Below, in pieces: positions 56,801 through 64,000 of a DNA stretch of 64,000 bases. The stretch is from positions 427,108 to 491,107 of the forward strand of contig OW569367.1 in the NCBI GenBank assembly GCA_937625935.1, written 5' to 3'. A program made the position numbers and the translations under genes. Position 1 is the first letter of the stretch. Every line of letters begins with the position of its first letter. Under the pieces are notes generated by a model. The model saw only the letters and a list, made by a program, of their open reading frames with translations, searched no databases and was not told the DNA's origin. The DNA comes from Tetramitus jugosus. Lineage: Eukaryota > Protista > Heterolobosea.

Positions 56801-58170
56801 ATAGGTGCCGTGTTCAAAAGCATAAAGTTGATAAATCCAGTTGCATCATCGTAGGAGTCAGTGACTGTATACTGAATAGAATCATCGATATCACTTCCGT
56901 GACTCGGGGTATAGAGAACAGCGTAGACATTCAGTGGAAGCTGGAACCAAGAGTCATCAGCAGGACCACCAGAATACAAAGCCTGCCTAGTTTCTTGGGT
57001 CTCAACCAATTTGATAGATCCATAACTTGGATTCTGAGTAATAGAAGCAGTCACGATATCAAGGTCATCAATATCAGAAAACTGGAGATACACCTTGTTA
57101 TCCACAGTGTTCTTAATCACATTGACAGTGATGTTCTGAGCAACTGGTGGAGTGTTGTACACTTCAATAGTGGCAAAAGAAGTACTGTTCAAAGGTTCAA
57201 AATCGCTAATCTGATATTCAATACTGTCGAAATATGGATCTGTGGTTGCAGGTGGCCAATAGAAAATCCTGGTGCTATTGTCATTCAACAGAGCATTACC
57301 CCTTGAGAATCCATAGTACGTAATGGTGATTTCATCACCATTTGGATCATAATCGTTGGCCAACACATCCAACTCATGAAACACATTCTTTCTCAAACGA
57401 TAATGGTCCACTTGTGCCACTGGAGGATCGTTTCTCAATTGGAAAGTGACAGTACCGTTGCAACTGTTGTTTCCATCAGTAACATAGTAAACCAAGGATT
57501 CGCTGAGACTGAACTGATGAGCAGGCGTATAGAAAAGCGTAGTGTTGTCAAAGCGAGCAGATCCACTGACTGATGGCTGATCAATTTTGAACAAGAATAG
57601 TTCATCATTGTCAACGTCAGAGATGGTCTTTTCGCCCTGACTAATAGTAAACAACTTGTAGGCATTGTCCATGGAGTTTCTTGAGACAGAGAAATCGAAA
57701 TCAACGCAGTCTGGAGCATGATTCATCACAGTGACATTTACATAGGTCTTGGAGGACAACTTGTCATTGGAAACAGTGTAATAGAACATGTCTTGCCCAG
57801 CATAGATGCCATTACCACGATAGGTGAGAGAAACCTGATCCAAGTTAATAGTAACTGAACCATAGGTAGGTTGTGTAACCTTTGTAATTCTAAGGGCAGC
57901 ACCTTTGGGATCCTTGTCATTAGCCAATGGAAAGATGCTGAGAGAATCAGGCTTGTACAAAGAGACAAAATCAGGGTTGGCAATAGGAGGTTGATAACCA
58001 ACACCAGTACCAATCAAAATGACTGTGGCTACTGTTGCCGCTATGACCACACTTGTGACGACGACCCCGAGTATTGTTTGACCGAGTGTGCCAAGCTTGA
58101 GCAGGGAGACATTAGCGGCACTCACGCCGACAGTCTGCTGGGTAGACGAAATAATCACGTTATCGTCCAT
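50872..58170 (-). CDS. Giant type II membrane adhesin-like protein: tandem bacterial-type Ig/cadherin-like repeats + vWA domain
   Basis: N-terminal TM segment; many PxAxxD...NDxDxDGD...FTYxVSDG repeats; LDIVFVIDGSGS MIDAS motif. ATG at 58170. Confidence 0.9.
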   Translation of the reverse strand: MDDNVIISSTQQTVGVSAANVSLLKLGTLGQTILGVVVTSVVIAATVATVILIGTGVGYQPPIANPDFVSLYKPDSLSIFPLANDKDPKGAALRITKVTQPTYGSVTINLDQVSLTYRGNGIYAGQDMFYYTVSNDKLSSKTYVNVTVMNHAPDCVDFDFSVSRNSMDNAYKLFTISQGEKTISDVDNDELFLFKIDQPSVSGSARFDNTTLFYTPAHQFSLSESLVYYVTDGNNSCNGTVTFQLRNDPPVAQVDHYRLRKNVFHELDVLANDYDPNGDEITITYYGFSRGNALLNDNSTRIFYWPPATTDPYFDSIEYQISDFEPLNSTSFATIEVYNTPPVAQNITVNVIKNTVDNKVYLQFSDIDDLDIVTASITQNPSYGSIKLVETQETRQALYSGGPADDSWFQLPLNVYAVLYTPSHGSDIDDSIQYTVTDSYDDATGFINFMLLNTAPIANNDHANCSRNKYIDVNVIANDVDPDGDDMEVVLSGSITTTKGGSVSMVSSKVLRYTAPSTLVGIDSFTYTMRDIVMTPSKSKIATASVYINVYNEAPIAYDDTATVVKKNAVTINVLSNDFEPNGDPMAISSVSGPDSGSSVISISSDKKTVQFKADTTVGQVHFTYVVSDDLGMTGTAMVTVTITNTPPVAVNDAFSAFWNRSISLAPLNNDYDPDGETIQISTYTQPSSGTLSLSGSKFLYVPNNGFVGTDSFIYRVTDSFDLSNTATVTISVINTAPIANADAATLHWRISTGVAIDVVANDTDAQSDPLYVKSVSSPKNGNSSIVTLSDGRLGVRYVPTQPFVGTETFKYTVSDWSMATDGGVTVTVTNALPVANNDAFSLHWRTGSLTIQVLTNDVDADSDPVKIVSSALVVTPVGVGTASIVDVTAGTIIFSVPSPPVLGTCSFPYSITDGAQQSAIPATVSMTVTNANKPSAVPLSRTIHWRTLQTAGYTEFSPYNSVQDLDGDSMTLTYTSPTNGLVVLNTVSNSPSTLRFSSTATWKKGAASFTYTLSDGASSNTSSISVTVYNNVPTAAGIAFALDPQYINSGIDIDVIAQATDKDSEDTPFLYIKSIQASGTVNGTASVLNGKIHYQPKLNSVGTDIFTYTINDGLDDATNTIAITVKYTSVQPSQKFYTFHWRDIQSGVSLNLTDGITGVNPLSLTSVSSSLAYTGNVVIQSNKQNVTYTPVAKTIGVVNFAVSYTDTITTQTITVAITITNTAPTAPNRVVSAHWSTLLTASYGGFDVLSSASDGDSDPITLTSTALVSGSGSVSLSSSKVVYLLGPAINGLYYVGSGTVQFSYTITDLVQSFTALTALNVTNDAPVPISQTYSVHWSSYKNGLLLDVASGATDANSDTVSLYSLGSVSPSNAASSLVISGGKAYLTGTPPATLVGNSFSFAYTVSDGASIAQQTATVTITNEPPIAKTITDSVHWRQKNVLYVVAQTPTDSDTITILSVTSNQGSTPGRISFSGSTLTYNPPSSFTGVEVVTFTISDGIQTAVGQATITVFNTPPVAKSYSSSSHWSASTSYTFTAQADATDADPLDANYLSIQSTLVGLSSTMYTVSNGVITLTPSNAIKATGSLTVTYTVTDGLVVSQGTISITFTNTAPVAPNVNISISRIYGQSRYTLTGPISLLEIGAVDSDSDLLTLSVISGGQMAGTGNDVVVSIAEYFASSIQVQYVYNDGLVNSVVATATIAFTNSAPVCQPASLSVPKGQSKSVTVVCTDANNDPITITTGTLPSGLTQSGTTFNFAAPNGVKVAYTVPFTGTDGVGATGSNNLAITVTGQPPTANDTTWNVFARRDSRTHTLNYPTTSGAADPDGDTVTFSIVSHTCTGADSMTINSANGIITFVRQYTYSSATCQIKVMTSDPDNLSITNTVTVVITTSGLNAVGQSITVTSQDGAFFTMTEPSIMSSDSDPLGGTLAFVGFYVSAADGCSASPPPANGFCGNVSPTSPSAGTWKLSQSSSQCQTQRFRYQIQSVQDPSQVGYAILNVRFQGCVCSLPLDIVFVIDGSGSIGTSNFALMRSFIQQIVAPLDIGTGATQSQVGIVMFDNNIYNILPLTSSKTTITNAMANMPYPAGATNIRSGVLSAEKVLMGTNSRGATVPKMIITIFDGEPNTPCSCSQCSSATYLSPSLCVSTRYPARDCNHCTSSGPLKCNPCGDVLSEARRINAKKPGNVDGYWRIMSIGVGPYLSNPTAKALIRDLSYNQDLSLSVDWTQLSTVVSTIQSQSCDLVDTSVGSDTYTEGTDIFAYCGQIIGISTGTYQWYVTDSATAMTYTSNTFNSSDSRATLFQVVCSNFGTKVNSQSSIASSFALWSLQTEKYVVRSSTKFYANGASPQYFSFRPAVSALVSLPVPTLVPTYLQTSDGYYVYSSPLTASTSYATTFMLYSVSYNNIACTTGLRSASTFPVPITDTTKSGAV

Positions 58171-59086
58171 TGTATGAGTGGGAAATGTACAACCAAGGAC
58201 TTGAAAAGATTCGAGGTAGAGTTTGTCTTGGAGAGTATTATGAGTTGTGTTCTTATTTTGAGATGAATACTCGAGGAGTGTATCTCTGGGCAGTTGGCTT
58301 TTGAAGTTGAGCAACTTGATTTGAGTGTCGAAGAGTAATACCCATTGTTCGAAAGGTTTGACAGGTTGGCACAAGTCCAATACCTATTGCTTCGAATAGC
58401 TCTGACATGAATCCTCTAGTTGTTGTTGTTGACCTTTCGAAACATCACCTCGCGAGAACATACACCTCTTTGCCCAAAAAAAATTTCAATAATTTTTTGG
58501 TACGTCAATCAAAAAAAGCCAAAATCAAATTTCAAAAGTAAGTTGTACATGATTGTACTTTGAGCCAAAGAAACTTACCTCGATGCCCTCAATCTTCCCT
58601 CACTATCTGCTAATACAGCCTCTCTCGAATGCAGCAAAAAGGCGTTGTTGGGAGACAATATACTAAATCTTGTCTTGCATTGACAGAAGAACTATTAGAT
58701 AAGCCATGGACAGATCACATTCGTCCATGGCCACGTCAAATATTCACTTCCTCAATTTATTGCTTGTAATGGTCTTTTTCTCGCTAATTCTTTCTCATTA
58801 AACAGGATTGTTTTCGTCCAGGAGAAGGAATTGAATGTTGTTGCGGATGGATGTCTCGGTAGAAACACCCACTATCCAAACCAACACCCAGCCATCAAAA
58901 GTCATCCTGACCAGGTTAATTGGATTCCATCTCAGTACTATCTCAGATTGTTTGAATTAAAGAGCAATAGACAGAGGAACATTCTCAAGACCAACAGATT
59001 CACGAATAGTCATCAATGAAAGCGTTTTTGGGCCCTTGTGATCGTTTGATATTGTGTTGTTGCTAGTTGCAAATTTTTGAGTAACA

Positions 59087-61615
59087 TCAGACAATGGTGT
59101 TCTCTCTTTGGTTGATGCTTGTACAATTGACCCTTCTAATCTCATGGTTAATGTTCTGAACGTGTCTCCATGCATCTCTCATGTTCATTCTCTCATGCGA
59201 AGTAATCATACAGCCTTCGATTATCGCTTTAAGATGATTGAAGCAAGGGGTGTACTCAGCGCCAAACACTGACGCAAATGCTTCGAGTGACTCACTCATG
59301 TATTTGGATATCATTTCGTGGCACTTTTTGCTTTCAATGGGGCCATAAATTGGATGGAGAAACCATTCATCACCCGTCAGTATCAATTTTAGATAGTGGG
59401 CAAACAAGACACCCATCGAAAAACAATCCATATCCTCATTAACAAACACATCTTCCTCACACACAAATGGTCGTGTGCTCCCAATGCTACCAGTTATTGA
59501 GTGAGTCATTGAATAACTGCAATTCATATCGATAATCACAGCATCATGCAATTCGAAATCATCTTCTACAACAATGTCCGTTTTTCTGAACATAATGTTA
59601 CAAATGGATAAATCACCATGAGTAATGTTCCTCTTGTGCAATTCCTTTATCCCTCTCATAACTCCAATCATGGTGTGAAACAGGATTTCCAATTTAGATT
59701 TTCCACAAAGTTGATGAATCTTGCTGTAACTCAAGTATTGATCATATGGTACAAGTGTTTCCGTTACTGTTAAGTAGCATATTTTCTTGGATTCAACATC
59801 GCCCTCCATTTTTGTTTTCCACTCAATCGGTGCCTTTTTCGCTCGCTCATGGTTAAAAATTTGAACCAAATTCGTATGTTTTGGCACTTCACTCATTACT
59901 TTCTCTTCATCAACTGTTCCAATTGAAAGTTTCACAAACACTGGACATTGTGATTTGTGAGAGATAAAAGCAAAACATTTGCCATTGTGCATCAACTTTC
60001 TGTCAATTGTGAATCCATGCTCTTCTACAATCTCTGCCATTGACGAACAATAGTTCATCATAGAGTTTCTTGTTGAAACGCTTGAGGAAGATGTAGATCC
60101 ATCACTCTTCCCTCTGCTTTGAGATCTCTTGTCATTATTGTGACTGGCAGAATTGTTTTTCTTGTTCTGTTGATGGTCATTGTTGTCATTCTCATCATTG
60201 TTATCGTTATTGTCATCATTGCCGTCATCCAGCTTGTTGTCAGTCAACTCACACATTCTTTCAGATGCTGCTTTTTTAAGGACTCCTTGCTGAGTGTGAT
60301 ACCCAGAATCATCTCTCCAAATGAGATCAATTTCACGTGTCCCCTGCCTCGAGAAAACATACAATTGACCGTTTGCTCTGATAAAGCCCAGGGAACGATC
60401 TGACCAAAGAGATCTCATAAGCATAGAGATGAGTTTGTTTTTTTCCTCAGTTTTCTTCTCTCCTAAGATTTCCACCATTCCGAGTTGATGAACCTTTGCA
60501 AATGCGAGGCTCGTGTTAATCTCTTCTAGTTTGTCATAATAATTGGTTACCGCACTTGTATCAAAGAGCACTTGCTCATATCTAAATACACCCTTGTTAA
60601 ATGAGCCATTCGACATATGTGAGGCTTTGGCACTGTCCATGAACTTTTCCTCTGTTGGTTCCAACTCATTAAATTGTTCAATTGTTTCGGCAGCAAAGTT
60701 TCTCAACATATCTATACATTGATTGACCTGGGAATGGTCATTGTATTGAAAAATTTGCGACTCCCTCAACTCGAAAAAGAGGAGTTTTTGACCATTTCCA
60801 GTGACCGTCGAAGTCCATGTAGTGACAGCCAAGATTGCCATCCCGTTTGCACCAGCCAGTACACCATAAGCAGTTAAATTTCCTTCTTTTGGTGAATAAG
60901 TCCTCATGACGTCATTAAGCATATTTCTCAAGGCAAAACACACTTTGAAGTAGTCCTTGTGTTGCTTGACATCAGTTAATATGTCTCTCTGCATTTCCAC
61001 AGTTACAACATAAAACGGATCCCGTGGATGAAGTTGCGGGAATTGTTTGATATTCAATTCTATAGTCATATCAGCCTTGATATGTCGAACAGATAATGTT
61101 GACTTTTTCTCCTGGATAGTCCTGGCAACAGATTCAGATTTATAAATAGTGTTGCTGTTAAATTTGAAGTAGCTAGGAGTTAGACAACCGACAGCCGCTC
61201 TTAAAAGTTGTACAACAGTGAATTGCTGGATACACATCTCTGCCCATGAATTCGAGTGTTGCTGTACAAAGGTTAACCAGTCTTCTTCTTGATTTAACAT
61301 TCTTATCGCATTGACCTTTGTAAGCTTCCTTTTTGTTGGTGTTCTATGTTCTGATGTTTCGTTTGGTTCTGGTGTTCTAGAATATTGCAGAGATTCTTCT
61401 TGTGTTGGTGCAAGGGGTGTATCAATGTACATTATCAGCCAGGAATTCAGAAATGTTCTCAGTATTTCTGGCAATTCCTTGGTTGCGTTGTGCTGTGTAA
61501 CATAATTTTCATCATTGCCAAGTGGTCCATGTGGAATCTCCGATAAATGATGCAGTCGATAAAACAAATTTAACCATTCATTTTGTTTCCTTATAACCTG
61601 CGTATGACTCTGCAT
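59087..61615 (-). CDS. Atypical protein kinase with a long unrecognised N-terminal region (Crinkler/FunK1-like?)
   Basis: FVKL, HGDLSICNIMF, IIDMN, GSTRPF, DCFSMG; N/D-rich linker. Confidence 0.7.
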   Translation of the reverse strand: MQSHTQVIRKQNEWLNLFYRLHHLSEIPHGPLGNDENYVTQHNATKELPEILRTFLNSWLIMYIDTPLAPTQEESLQYSRTPEPNETSEHRTPTKRKLTKVNAIRMLNQEEDWLTFVQQHSNSWAEMCIQQFTVVQLLRAAVGCLTPSYFKFNSNTIYKSESVARTIQEKKSTLSVRHIKADMTIELNIKQFPQLHPRDPFYVVTVEMQRDILTDVKQHKDYFKVCFALRNMLNDVMRTYSPKEGNLTAYGVLAGANGMAILAVTTWTSTVTGNGQKLLFFELRESQIFQYNDHSQVNQCIDMLRNFAAETIEQFNELEPTEEKFMDSAKASHMSNGSFNKGVFRYEQVLFDTSAVTNYYDKLEEINTSLAFAKVHQLGMVEILGEKKTEEKNKLISMLMRSLWSDRSLGFIRANGQLYVFSRQGTREIDLIWRDDSGYHTQQGVLKKAASERMCELTDNKLDDGNDDNNDNNDENDNNDHQQNKKNNSASHNNDKRSQSRGKSDGSTSSSSVSTRNSMMNYCSSMAEIVEEHGFTIDRKLMHNGKCFAFISHKSQCPVFVKLSIGTVDEEKVMSEVPKHTNLVQIFNHERAKKAPIEWKTKMEGDVESKKICYLTVTETLVPYDQYLSYSKIHQLCGKSKLEILFHTMIGVMRGIKELHKRNITHGDLSICNIMFRKTDIVVEDDFELHDAVIIDMNCSYSMTHSITGSIGSTRPFVCEEDVFVNEDMDCFSMGVLFAHYLKLILTGDEWFLHPIYGPIESKKCHEMISKYMSESLEAFASVFGAEYTPCFNHLKAIIEGCMITSHERMNMRDAWRHVQNINHEIRRVNCTSINQRENTIV

Positions 61616-62439
61616 CTACATAGTACAAGTTTCCAATTGCATCTCCATTGAATAATACGCAAGCATGTCTCACAGTGCTATCGAAATGTGATTAGTATGG
61701 TAGCTTGTCACATGATTCGAAACTACTCGAGTGGAAACAAAAACAGAATAGTCTACGGAGGCCGCTTATGTAAGGTGAACTTGCAAAAATGGATGAAGCG
61801 TTGGCAAATGAAGATGCAGATGACGAAGAAACAAGTTGCAATTGTGAGATGATGAATCAAGTGTATGATGAAGTGCATTGAATAATTCAAGGAAAACCCG
61901 TGCGATCAGACCAGAATGTAGAACTCTTTGTTGGAACTTTAGAGAGAAATGGAATCAATCATTGGATTACGTTGAAATATGAATTGGAAGTACTCCTCAA
62001 ACCAAGTGATGTCGTCATCTAACATATGGAATCTTGGTAGCTTGTGGACATGATGAGCAAACAATACAGTTGCCTTTCCAATTTTCAGCTCATCATAAGG
62101 ATGTACCAAGTAATAGATATTTTATAACATCTCTCACTTCGTTTGTCCTAAATGAAGTTCCACTCTTGATGTTCTTTCCTCTTCCTTTTAACTTGGTGAG
62201 AATGAAAATCAGGGCGAGATTAGTCGATTGATTGGTTAACTAAAGTGGTAATATCTATTTCTCAACGATATTCCCGGATGAAATTTTTTTGACTCCTGAG
62301 CCGCTCCACCTCCATTTTGTTCTCTCTTCTCAAGCACACGAAAGAACAAGCAACGTGCCCCAGGTTCGAGACAAAGAAGGAAAAAACCACGCCAAGTCCC
62401 CTTTTTGGTTGATACCTGGAGAAGTCTGCACATGCGTCT

Positions 62440-62460
62440 GGGTTGGGTTTGGGTTTGGGG
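62440..62460 (+). repeat. Interstitial telomere-like tract GGGTTGGGTTTGGGTTTGGGG
   Basis: Read directly; an inverted copy CCCAAACCCAACCC lies at 63154-63167. Confidence 0.7.
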
Positions 62461-63394
62461 ATACATCCAGGATTCCCCAACCTAAGGAAACGATTTCCTT
62501 ATATGGTAATTTTTTTTTTGAGATTTTTTATTGCTCTGGGAGCTTCAGCTGGATGAGATGAAGAGATTAGCGTGGTTTTCAACTCGACTTGAGCTTTATC
62601 GGTTCGTAGAGCCGATATATCTGTGCTGTGTTTAACAGATTTTTATCGGCAACAGTGTTAAAACTGCAACAGATTTTAGACGACTTTGACTCTGTACTGG
62701 GGGTAAGACGTACGAATGAGACATGATTTCTTTGTTTTGGATCAGAGTATTGGGACATTATTTGATCATTTTTAACATGATTTCTTACTAACTATACTTT
62801 TTGACTTGATATCTTATGACTTGTTTTTTCTGAAATTTTTACTGACTTGATTTTGCGTTTCTCTGAATAGAATCGACAGTTTTTATCAAACAATCACGGT
62901 AGAATCAGATATTTTATCTGTTCCGAGACTTTTCGATATGAAATTCTGTAAGACAGTTAAATAGTGAAGTTTCAAATTTGAATCCCAGACGCAACCCATC
63001 AGAAATACAGAGTACTAGCGTTTTCTGAATGACAATTCAGTTTTACCAAGGTAATAGACTGAAAATGCTGGGAAATATGGTTTTTCTGAGAGATATTAAC
63101 TCTGATAGAATGAGAATCCCAATTTTGTATTTTGTTGAGTGCAGAGTTGAATACCCAAACCCAACCCGTCATAACTGAAGTGAAATAGAATTGATAGCTC
63201 ATAAAACATGTATTTACTCACTTGATTGCCTTTTATCCTTCCAGATGTTGAGCAATTAATGAGAAGAGTTCGGGTTTCGACAAAAACAAAGGAGGGAATG
63301 GAAAGATGGCTGAGTAGTTGGTAACTTCAGTTTATTGCTTGACCAGTTTTTGAGATTTTGGGTATGAAGATTTGGTTGATTTTTGAGAAGTAAA

Positions 63395-63831
63395 TTTGGG
63401 TTTGGTTTGGGTTTGGGTTGGGGTTTGGGGGTTGGGGTTGGGGGTGGGGTTGGGGGGGTTGGGGGGTTGGGGGTGGGTTTGGTGGGGGGTTGGGTTTGGG
63501 TTTGGGTGGGTTGGGGGGGGGGGTGGGGGGGGGGGGGTGGGGGGTGGGGGGGGTTGGGTGTGGGGGTGGGGGTGGGTTGGGGTGGGGGTTGGGTTGGGGT
63601 GGGGTTGGGGGGGGTGGGGTTGGGGGGGGGGTGGGGGGGGGGGGGGTGGGGGGGGGGGGGGGGGTGGGTGGGGGGGGGGGTGGGGGGGGGGGTGTGGGGG
63701 TGGGGGTTGGGGGTGGGGGTGGGGGGGGGGGGGGGGGGGGGGGGGGGGGTGGGGGGGGGGGGGGGGGGGGGTGGGGGGGGGGGTGGGGGGGGGTGGGGGG
63801 GGGGGGGGGGGGGGGGGGGGTGGGGGGGGGT

Positions 63832-63909
<78 letters not shown>

Positions 63910-63936
63910 GGGGGGGGGGGGGGGGGGGGGGGGGGT

Positions 63937-63972
<36 letters not shown>

Positions 63973-64000
63973 GGGGGGGGGGGGTTTGGTGGTATTGGGT
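63395..64000 (+). repeat. Telomeric array (TTTGGG-type) degrading into poly-G
   Basis: TTTGGGTTTGGTTTGGGTTTGGG... then T1-3/Gn runs to the window end, with the G-rich strand pointing outward. Confidence 0.88.

Noticed and set aside
63153-63168. CCCAAACCC as a telomerase RNA template
   Set aside because: No supporting structure is identifiable, and proximity to the telomere explains it more simply.

Overview
Gene-dense end of a eukaryotic chromosome, read with the standard code and with short GT-AG introns. The EF-1alpha style and TTTGGG telomeric repeats suggest a heterolobosean (Naegleria-like) amoeba, which is an inference. 1-15.8 kb is housekeeping genes: PMCA Ca-ATPase, MED4, SPT4, MYG1, an RCC1-BTB protein, fimbrin and a coiled-coil protein. 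34.9-61.6 kb holds MAEA/Gid9, NADAR, class I PI3K, a VPS9 GEF, an F-box/pseudo-GTPase, a divergent EF-1alpha, an M6PR-like receptor, an F-box-LRR-RGG protein, a 2400-aa Ig-repeat/vWA adhesin and an atypical kinase. The telomere starts at about 63,395. Between the two gene blocks (16.4-34.8 kb) lies a nested mobile/duplicated island: three deletion-scarred copies of a host segment, two of which bracket a 14-kb block of decayed ORFs. Main discovery: that block contains an IS630/Tc1-type transposon (24923-31363) with TTGCTGTTTCAC terminal inverted repeats (TIRs) and a TA duplication at a CTAG site. Besides its DDE transposase it carries two cargo genes that the ORF track fragments: a chromodomain protein and a ~439-aa RING-H2 protein. 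The chromodomain gene is split by a Mutator-like element (MULE) with a 9-bp target-site duplication (TSD) AACATCGAA and no true TIRs. The MULE's intact 993-aa transposase has apparent SAP and chromo-like accessory domains. All domain calls were made by eye; no database searches were run.
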